From positions 1 through 12,561 of the forward strand of contig JASLZZ010000009.1 of the NCBI GenBank assembly GCA_030754595.1: a stretch of DNA of 12,561 nucleotides, written 5' to 3'. The notes below the pieces were generated by a model. That model saw only the letters and a program-made list of their open reading frames with translations, had not been told where the DNA came from and searched no databases. Of this stretch, positions 1 through 6,290 are shown piece after piece (the stretch's first letter is position 1; every line of letters starts with the position of its first letter). This DNA comes from Nitrospinota bacterium (GTDB taxonomy: Bacteria; UBA8248). Made by a program: the position numbers and the translations under genes.

Positions 1-73
1 GATTAATCTTCCGGGGCGGGAGATGGGGCTGGATCAGCTTCCACTGCCGATCGGTGAGGCCACGCCATGCCAT
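1..73 (-). CDS. IS5-family transposase, N-terminal 24 codons (runs off the window edge)
   Basis: Manual translation from ATG at 73 gives MAWRGLTDRQWKLIQPHLPPRKIN. This matches the LTDxQWxxIxPxLP N-terminal motif (DUF4096-type) of IS5-family transposases. SD GGGAGGAG (88..81) lies 7 nt upstream. Confidence 0.78.
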   Translation of the reverse strand, partial: MAWRGLTDRQWKLIQPHLPPRKIN

Positions 74-101
74 GGCTGCACTCCTCCCGGCGGAGAACCA
101 C

Positions 102-130
102 AGCATACCAAGTCATTTTGAGGTTATGAA
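102..130 (-). promoter_or_regulatory. Putative sigma70 promoter of the transposase
   Basis: Minus strand TTCATA (130..125), 17 nt spacer, TATGCT (107..102), with a TG extended -10 element. It overlaps the 9-bp inverted repeat AAGTCATTT (110-118) / AAATGACTT (129-137). Confidence 0.5.
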
Positions 131-155
131 ATGACTTCTAAGGAAAACGAGAACT

Positions 156-1229
156 CTAGGGGATGACGAGAATCCCCAGCGCGCCATCCTGTCGGCTTTC
201 GAAGGTTTTGAAAGCCTCTTCGATATCATCGAGCGCGAAAGTTTTTGTAACGAGTGGGGCGGTTTTCACCTGCCCGTTGGCGACAAGGCTCACCGCGCCG
301 CCCCCGGTGTGGGGGCTGCCCCGCATCCCGTAAACCGTCATCTCGTGGAGAGCGATGGTATCGGTGTCCAGGGGAACGCCCTCGGCCTTGTTCACAATCC
401 CGATGAGGGCGATGCGCCCACCCATGCGGGTGGCGTCCGAGGCGGTCCGCATGGACTCGGCCTTGCCCGCGCATTCAAACACCACGTCCACCCCCATCCC
501 GTCGGTGAGATCGAGGAAGCGCTGTGTTACATCGTCCCGGGTGTAGTCGAACACCTCGTCCGCTCCGAACTCCTTGGCGACATCCAGGCGCGCCCCACGG
601 CCGCTCATGAACACGCGCCTGGCCCCTTTCAGCCGGGCGACCTGGAGGACGAGCAATCCCTGAACACCCGAGCCCAGAATGGCCACGTCATCCCCGGCGT
701 AAACCCCGGCGCGCTCCACGTAGTGCAAGGCCTGGGCCAGCACATGGGCGGCGACGCCTTCCTCGAAACTCATGGTGTCCGGCATCTTGACCAGGGCCTC
801 CGGCGGGCGCACGACGTACTCAGCGAAAGCGCCGGGGTAGTTGAAGCCATACATCCGAAAGCCCTTGGCGAGATTGCCGTGGTGATCGCAAAGGTGGTAG
901 TTGCCCGTCCGGCACATCCGGCAATTTCCGCAGCCCCGGGAGGTCTCGCCCACAACGCGGTCGCCCGGGCGGAGCCCCTCGACCTCCTCGCCCACGGCCA
1001 CGACCTCGCCGGCCCATTCGTGGCCGGGAATATGAGGAAGAGTGGGCGAAAACGAAGTCTTGTGAACTCCGTGCACGATGCGGATGTCGGTTCCGCAGAA
1101 ACCGCACGCCCCCACCCGGCACAGCGCTTCACCCGGACCCATCGCGGGCACATCCATCTCTTCGACCTTGAGCCGATCCCACTCACGCAGAATGGCTGCT
1201 TTCATACGGCTTGGGATCTGATTTCCCAT
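156..1229 (-). CDS. Zinc-dependent medium-chain dehydrogenase (threonine/sorbitol dehydrogenase-like MDR), 357 aa
   Basis: CGTD (C45), GHEWAG (H70, E71), structural Zn site C100/C103/C106/C114, Rossmann GSGVQG. SD AAGGAGG upstream. Confidence 0.93.
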   Translation of the reverse strand: MGNQIPSRMKAAILREWDRLKVEEMDVPAMGPGEALCRVGACGFCGTDIRIVHGVHKTSFSPTLPHIPGHEWAGEVVAVGEEVEGLRPGDRVVGETSRGCGNCRMCRTGNYHLCDHHGNLAKGFRMYGFNYPGAFAEYVVRPPEALVKMPDTMSFEEGVAAHVLAQALHYVERAGVYAGDDVAILGSGVQGLLVLQVARLKGARRVFMSGRGARLDVAKEFGADEVFDYTRDDVTQRFLDLTDGMGVDVVFECAGKAESMRTASDATRMGGRIALIGIVNKAEGVPLDTDTIALHEMTVYGMRGSPHTGGGAVSLVANGQVKTAPLVTKTFALDDIEEAFKTFESRQDGALGILVIP

Positions 1230-1271
1230 TGTACGACCTCCTTCAAGAGTTCAGGCCGAATCCGATTACGA

Positions 1272-2294
1272 TTATTTACGTTTATGCGCGAGCTTGCTGG
1301 TCTCGGGGTCGATTCCGAGGAGCTTGGCCGCAGTCCCGCCGAACATGGCGGCTTTATATTCCCGGGTGATGGGTGGATATCCCCATTCGCGGCTGAGCTC
1401 CTCGGGCATGTTCAGGTCCAGGATGGCCTGCACCATCTGCCTGTGCCCCGTGCCGGGCCAGTCCGTCCCCCAGATGAGCCGATCGCCCACGCCGAACGAA
1501 AATATCTCGCCGATGAAGTGGCGAAGCTTGACGGGTCCCCACTGGATCAGTCCCAGGATGGAACTCATTCCGATGTAGAGGTTCGGATGTTTGTAGGCAA
1601 GCATGTAAAGCTCTTGTTGGTTGGGAAAACCGAAGTGGTAGGCGATGACCTTGAGATCCGGGAAGGCGCTGCACACATCGTCGAGGAGAATCGGCTGGCA
1701 GTATTTGGTCATTCCAATGCGAATGGTAAACCCGGTATGGAAGCAAACCGGTATCTGGAGCTCTTCGCATTTAGCATAAAAGGGAAACATTTTCGGGTCG
1801 TTCAGATACCCATCCTCGGGCGAGTAGACCTTGGTGCATTTGAAGCCCATTTGAGTGTGAAGATATTCCAACTCCCAGATGGCGTTGTCGATTCCCCGCT
1901 TCATATGAGGACCGACATTGGATTGGCCGGTGAAGCGGTCGGGATACTTCTCCATGGCTTCGATAATATGATAATTGGTCGAGAACGGCGCGGAATTTTT
2001 CGTGGCATCGACGAACGACTCGCGGAGGATGGACGCCATGTCCACGCCGCCTTCGTCCATTCCGGCAATGAGATTATCGGCGGACCAATCCATTCCGGGG
2101 TGCCCCCCTTCCTCGCCGGTGACCGGGTTGGTCCACTTGGTTTTCCGGGCCATCACATGGGCGTAGTCGAGGCACGCCATATCCGGAAAATAATTCACGT
2201 ACTTGCGGTAATCCTGGGGCATGATATGGGCTTCGATGTCCAGGATGAAATAATCGTCGGCACTTTCGGCGGTCATGGGAGCTTGCGCGGCCAT
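1272..2294 (-). CDS. Amidohydrolase family protein (Amidohydro_2 TIM-barrel metallo-hydrolase/decarboxylase), 340 aa
   Basis: LDIEAH, PVCFHTG, FPDLKVIAYHFG, HPNLY and RLIWGTDWP motifs, plus C-terminal GGTAAKLLG. SD GGAGGA 7 nt upstream. Confidence 0.92.
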   Translation of the reverse strand: MAAQAPMTAESADDYFILDIEAHIMPQDYRKYVNYFPDMACLDYAHVMARKTKWTNPVTGEEGGHPGMDWSADNLIAGMDEGGVDMASILRESFVDATKNSAPFSTNYHIIEAMEKYPDRFTGQSNVGPHMKRGIDNAIWELEYLHTQMGFKCTKVYSPEDGYLNDPKMFPFYAKCEELQIPVCFHTGFTIRIGMTKYCQPILLDDVCSAFPDLKVIAYHFGFPNQQELYMLAYKHPNLYIGMSSILGLIQWGPVKLRHFIGEIFSFGVGDRLIWGTDWPGTGHRQMVQAILDLNMPEELSREWGYPPITREYKAAMFGGTAAKLLGIDPETSKLAHKRK

Positions 2295-2301
2295 ACGTGG
2301 T

Positions 2302-2518
2302 TCCTCCGGAGGAGAAGGGTGAACATGATCGACTCCAGAAGTAGACGAATGTTCACTGATTTATGTCTGATTGAAACCGGCCTCAAATCAGTTGGCAAAT
2401 TCATGAATTGGTGATTTCGGGACCGAAAAGAGTAGCATGTAAGAATATGTGCTCTTTTTATATTTACTTCAACCGATCTGCGCTTAGGGTGACGAAAACG
2501 TAACTAAGCTGAATTCAG
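2302..2518. promoter_or_regulatory. AT-rich control region upstream of the amidohydrolase-MDR pair, with several inverted repeats
   Basis: GTGAACAT/ATGTTCAC (2319-2326/2349-2356), ACTGATTT/AAATCAGT (2355-2362/2385-2392), palindrome AATTCATGAATT (2398-2409), AAAAGAG/CTCTTTT (2426-2432/2452-2458), palindrome CTGAATTCAG (2509-2518). Confidence 0.45.
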
Positions 2519-2698
2519 GCATCTCCCCTCCCCAGCCCGCCGATCCGTGGATTCCCGCTGAAATTCCTGCGCCGCTTTCGAGACGTATTCCTCACCCACT
2601 CCGCCTAGGATGCGTGCATTGGCGCTGATATTTGGCGAGACGGATCTCCCCCCTGAACGCGGCGTGCGATCACTCTCTCGCCGGGCTAGCATTCGCGG

Positions 2699-3325
2699 TT
2701 ATTTCTTCCCGAACCGCTCCTTGGCGTCCGCCATGCTCGAGACGCCGGGTTTCCAGGCCGGGGGCGGGTCGGCGGCCTCGCCCGCGTGGCCATCGCGCTC
2801 GAGCCGGTCGCGGAACCACTTGTCGTTAACGCGGTTCGTATCCTCATCCATCTCGGCCATGTCGCAAAAGATCTCGATCCCGTTGCCCGAGGGGTCCTTG
2901 AAATAAAAAGCGCGGTTCTCGCCCATGGTACCGTCCCCTTCCGGATTCGCGGGGCTGTGGACGACCGGCTCCATCGCGAGTTCGAGTCCCTGGGCGCGAA
3001 TATAATTCGCCCAATCCTCAAGCTCTTTTTTTGAGCCCGTCTCGAAAGCGACATGGTGCAGCCCTACCTCTGGGCTGAGCATCATCTCGGGGCGGGAAGA
3101 TATCTCCGTCTCTTTGGAAAAATGGACGAGAGAAACCGCGTGGTGCAAATTTCCGCAGCGCATGAAGCAGATGGCATGAGGACCGTAAGGGTTGTCGCCG
3201 GGATTGTATCTGTCGGACACGCGGAAACCCAGGACGTCCCGGTAGAAGGCGATAGCTACCTCGATGTCGTGGACCTTCAGGCCTACATGCTGAACGCGCT
3301 GGATTCGAGAGGGTGGAGGGCTCAT
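2699..3325 (-). CDS. VOC (glyoxalase/extradiol dioxygenase) family protein, single-domain type I extradiol dioxygenase-like, 208 aa
   Basis: QHVGL, FYRDVLGF, HHAVSL, GLHHVAF and YFKDPSGNGIE motifs. SD AAGGAGG upstream. Confidence 0.9.
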   Translation of the reverse strand: MSPPPSRIQRVQHVGLKVHDIEVAIAFYRDVLGFRVSDRYNPGDNPYGPHAICFMRCGNLHHAVSLVHFSKETEISSRPEMMLSPEVGLHHVAFETGSKKELEDWANYIRAQGLELAMEPVVHSPANPEGDGTMGENRAFYFKDPSGNGIEIFCDMAEMDEDTNRVNDKWFRDRLERDGHAGEAADPPPAWKPGVSSMADAKERFGKK

Positions 3326-3415
3326 CTTTCTCCTCCTTCAGTGGGTTAATAAGGTGGCATCTTGCGAACGGCCTTTCTATGATGAATACTTTGGGGCCAT
3401 ATCTAGTTGGGGTAG

Positions 3416-3457
3416 TTGACTGGTATATTCGTACCTTATAATCTTCAATCTTACAAT
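3416..3457 (+). promoter_or_regulatory. Putative sigma70 promoter for the CoA-ligase operon
   Basis: TTGACT (3416-3421) and TATAAT (3437-3442) with a short 15-nt spacer, and a second -10-like TACAAT (3452-3457), inside an AT-rich patch. Confidence 0.5.
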
Positions 3458-3466
3458 TCCCATTGC

Positions 3467-3675
3467 GGCGGGGCGGTCGATCTCAGTTCACATGTGTGTC
3501 CCGGCGGGGTATGCGTGAACTTGCGGGGCGAATCACCGAGGCGCCCACGCGCACCTCTGAGCGAGGGGAGACCCCTCCGTCCGCGAAACCCATCCCGCCT
3601 CCGGCTGGCTGAGGCGGGGCGATTTTTGGTCGCATGGCCTTCCCCCGGTTGGGGAACCCATTTTCTCTTTTGGGG
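3467..3675 (+). other. Candidate structured 5' leader RNA (unassigned family)
   Basis: Multiple nested or competing stems lie between the predicted promoter and ATG 3686; see findings. Confidence 0.35.
3593..3627 (+). terminator. Terminator-like hairpin inside the leader
   Basis: CCCGCCTC (3594-3601) pairs perfectly with GAGGCGGG (3611-3618), followed by GCGATTTTT. The U-run is offset from the stem, so the terminator is imperfect. Confidence 0.35.
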
Positions 3676-3685
3676 CGGACAACCA

Positions 3686-5224
3686 ATGAATCCGAGTCAT
3701 ATCCTCGCCCGTTGGGCGGAACGCACCCCTAATCGGGAAGCCGTAATCGGGGTCGAGAGGCGTCTCACCTGGGCGAATCTCCGCAAGCGTGTGGACGAAC
3801 TCGCCGTCAGCCTCCAAGGGCTTGGCGTGAAACCCGGCGACCGGGTGGGGGTGTTGCTCTATAACTGCCCGGAATTCCTGGAAGCCTATTTCGCCATCTC
3901 CCACTTGGGAGCGATCATCGTCCCGATCAACTACCGCCTCGCGGGCCCGGAGTTCGCCTACATCCTCGACGACGCGGGCGTCACCGTTCTCATCACCGAG
4001 GCCGCTTTCCACTCCGCAATCGACCCCATACAGGGCAAGCTTTCCAATCTGACGCACGTAGTGTGCGTGGGCGAGGACGTTCCCGCGGGCTGGCAGAGCT
4101 ACGAGGCGGCAATCGAGAGCTCCGGCGGGGGGAGTGTCCTCGCCGCGTCCTCCGAACTCGACGACGTGCAACGGATTATGTACACCTCGGGTACGACGAG
4201 CCGGCCGAAAGGGGCCATGATCACCCACGGCAATGTCTATTGGAAAAACGTCGCCCACATCATGGACCTGAATCTGACCGCCGAGGACCGAACCCTCATC
4301 GTCGGGCCGCTCTACCATGTGGGCGGGCTCGATCTTCCCGCGACCGGTGTTCTCTACATGGGCGGCAGCGTGGTGATTCTTCCGAAGTTCGATGCCGAAC
4401 ACGTCTTGGCTTCGGTCCACGAGGAAAGCGCCACGAACGTCTGGCTCGCGCCCACGATGATCGCCCAAGTGCTGGGGCGGGAGGACATCGGCCGCTTCGA
4501 CCTGTCGAGCCTGCGAATCATCATCGACGGCGGAGAGAAGATGCCGATCCCCCTCATCGAGAAACTGCTGCGGATCATTCCCGGCTGCGGCTTCCATGAC
4601 GCTTACGGGCTCACCGAAACCGTCTCGGGCGATACGTTTCTTCCGCCCGCTGACGCGGTGCCCAAGACGGGCTCGGTCGGGATTCCCACCCACCAACTGC
4701 GCCTCCGGATCGTGGACGACGAGCGCCGCGACGTGGCCCCTGACGAGTTGGGCGAAATCATCCTGCGCGGGCCCAAAATCTTCGCCGGCTATTGGAACAA
4801 TCCCGAAGCCACCGAGGCGGTGCTCGTGGATGGATGGTTCCACACCGGCGATATCGGACGGATGGACCCGGAGGGCTATCTTTATGTGGTGGACCGCAAG
4901 AAGGACATTATTGTAAGCGGGGGCGAGAACATCGCCTCGACCGAGGTCGAGCGCGTCATCTACGAAGATCCGGGCGTGGCCGAGTGCGCTGTGGTCGGTA
5001 TTCCGGATGAAAGATGGGGCGAGGTCCCCTGGGCCTACATCGTCCTCAAACCCGGCGGGGAAACCACTGCCGATGGTATCGTCGATCGCTGCGCGGCCGC
5101 CCTGGCCAGGTTCAAGGTGCCCAAGCGGGTGGAGTTCATCGAAGCCTTGCCCAGGAATCCCTCGGGAAAAGTGCTGAAGCGGGCGCTCCGCGAAATGGCC
5201 GGCCCGAGAGACGAAGGGTCATAG
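3686..5224 (+). CDS. Acyl-CoA synthetase / AMP-dependent CoA ligase (ANL superfamily), 512 aa
   Basis: YTSGTTSRPKG P-loop, YGLTET, GWFHTGD, VVDRKKD..SGGENI and LPRNPSGK motifs. Start moved from the track's TTG 3416 to ATG 3686, where ligase-like sequence begins (WAERTPNREAV). Confidence 0.94.
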   Translation: MNPSHILARWAERTPNREAVIGVERRLTWANLRKRVDELAVSLQGLGVKPGDRVGVLLYNCPEFLEAYFAISHLGAIIVPINYRLAGPEFAYILDDAGVTVLITEAAFHSAIDPIQGKLSNLTHVVCVGEDVPAGWQSYEAAIESSGGGSVLAASSELDDVQRIMYTSGTTSRPKGAMITHGNVYWKNVAHIMDLNLTAEDRTLIVGPLYHVGGLDLPATGVLYMGGSVVILPKFDAEHVLASVHEESATNVWLAPTMIAQVLGREDIGRFDLSSLRIIIDGGEKMPIPLIEKLLRIIPGCGFHDAYGLTETVSGDTFLPPADAVPKTGSVGIPTHQLRLRIVDDERRDVAPDELGEIILRGPKIFAGYWNNPEATEAVLVDGWFHTGDIGRMDPEGYLYVVDRKKDIIVSGGENIASTEVERVIYEDPGVAECAVVGIPDERWGEVPWAYIVLKPGGETTADGIVDRCAAALARFKVPKRVEFIEALPRNPSGKVLKRALREMAGPRDEGS

Positions 5225-5227
5225 GCG

Positions 5228-6283
5228 ATGCTGGCGGCCCGCTGGCACGGGAGGGGAGACCTCCGGCTAGAGGAGATTCCAGAGCCCTTGCCCGGCCCGG
5301 GCGAGGTGCTCGTCGAGGTGGAGCGTTGCGGCATCTGCGGCACCGACCTCCACGAATACCATCACGGCCCCTTGCTCATGCCCCGCCGCCCCCATCCCCT
5401 CACCGGGCGGACCCCCCCCGTCGTCATGGGACACGAGTTCGCCGGAAGAGTTCTCCTGCGCGGGCCGGGCGCCGAAGCGCCCCGGGAAGGGGCGCGTGTG
5501 ACCGTGAATCCTTGTCTGCCATGCGGGGAATGTCCCCAGTGCAGGGAGGGGAAAACCTATCTGTGTCCCCGGCTGGGGAGCATCGGCTTCGCCGCCGACG
5601 GGGCCTTTGCCAGCCGGGTTGTTTGCCCGGCGTCCAGTTGTCACCTCATCGCGGACGAATTGCCGGCGGAGGGCGCGGCGCTCTCCGAACCACTCGCCGC
5701 CTGCCTTCATGCATGGCATAGAGGAGGCGGACAGGCCGGCGAGGCTGTACTCATCGTGGGGGCGGGACCGGTGGGCCTCCTTCTGCTTCAGGTCGCGCGT
5801 GCGCGAGGAGCGGAGGTTGTATTCGTCGTCGAACCGTACCCCTCCAGGCGAGAGGCGGCCGAGGCCCTCGGCGCCACAGCCGTTTTCGACCCCGGGGCGG
5901 AGGCGGATTTTATCCGCTTCCTGCTCCGCGAGACGGGCGGTGTTCCGCTCGTTTTTGAGTGTGTCGGCCAGCCGAAATCCCTGGAGACGGCGCTGCGCGC
6001 CAGCGGACGGGGCGGCCGCGTGGTGGTGGTCGGCCTCTTCTCCGAGCCCGTTCCCGTGGATTTCCTGCGGCTCTTCGCCCAGGAAAAGTCAATCCTCGCT
6101 TCTTGCGCTTATACGGATGAGGAGATGGGCGGTGCGGTGGCCCTGCTTGGAGAGGGGAAGGTCGAGTTGGGACCCATCGTGAGCGGGACCATTCGTCTTG
6201 AAGACATCGTCGCGGAAGGTTTCGAAACGCTCTCGGGCGGGTCTTCCGGACAGATAAAAATTCTCGTCGACCCCGCCGACTGA
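5228..6283 (+). CDS. Zinc-dependent MDR dehydrogenase, (2R,3R)-2,3-butanediol dehydrogenase-like, 351 aa
   Basis: MLAARWHG, CGICGTDLHEY, GHEFAG, CxxCxxC...C Zn site, SEPLA and GAGPVG. An acidic residue in VVEP points to NAD preference. Substrate not determinable. Confidence 0.9.
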   Translation: MLAARWHGRGDLRLEEIPEPLPGPGEVLVEVERCGICGTDLHEYHHGPLLMPRRPHPLTGRTPPVVMGHEFAGRVLLRGPGAEAPREGARVTVNPCLPCGECPQCREGKTYLCPRLGSIGFAADGAFASRVVCPASSCHLIADELPAEGAALSEPLAACLHAWHRGGGQAGEAVLIVGAGPVGLLLLQVARARGAEVVFVVEPYPSRREAAEALGATAVFDPGAEADFIRFLLRETGGVPLVFECVGQPKSLETALRASGRGGRVVVVGLFSEPVPVDFLRLFAQEKSILASCAYTDEEMGGAVALLGEGKVELGPIVSGTIRLEDIVAEGFETLSGGSSGQIKILVDPAD

Positions 6284-6290
6284 GGAGGCA

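Larger units (their letters stand above)
1..138 (-). mobile_element. Left end of an IS5-family insertion sequence
   Basis: Transposase start is preceded on the minus strand by TTA|GAAGTCATTTCATAA, a plausible TA/TTA target plus terminal repeat. The exact boundary is uncertain because the other end is outside the window. Confidence 0.62.

Noticed and set aside
309..2414. 701-aa plus-strand ORF spanning two genes
   Set aside because: It is the antisense shadow of the MDR and amidohydrolase genes, which share a frame. It has no motifs, and stop-free antisense frames are common at high GC.
2504..2692. 62-aa minus-strand ORF after the VOC gene, and the GGCGAGA/TCTCGCC stem (2634-2682) as a terminator
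   Set aside because: The ORF has no motif or clear SD. The stem has a large interrupted loop and no U-tract on the transcribed strand.
3354..3370. TGGCAT/TTGC as a sigma54 promoter
   Set aside because: The GG-to-GC spacing is too short for the required GG-N10-GC.
3525..3591. Resemblance to the c-di-AMP (ydaO) riboswitch: GGGGCGAATC and CCGTCCGCGAAACCC
   Set aside because: The 5' GGGG(G/A)ACC element and the GUAG and CCGAA segments are missing, and the gene context does not fit. cmscan would settle it.
3467..3630. 6S RNA, tRNA, SRP, TPP, glycine, SAM or cobalamin riboswitch identity for the leader
   Set aside because: None of their conserved core motifs could be found in the right order.
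3416..3685. 90-aa N-terminal extension of the ligase from TTG 3416
   Set aside because: The TTG is part of the -35-like box and has no SD. The peptide is Pro/Arg-rich and unlike ANL ligases, whose typical N-terminus starts at ATG 3686.
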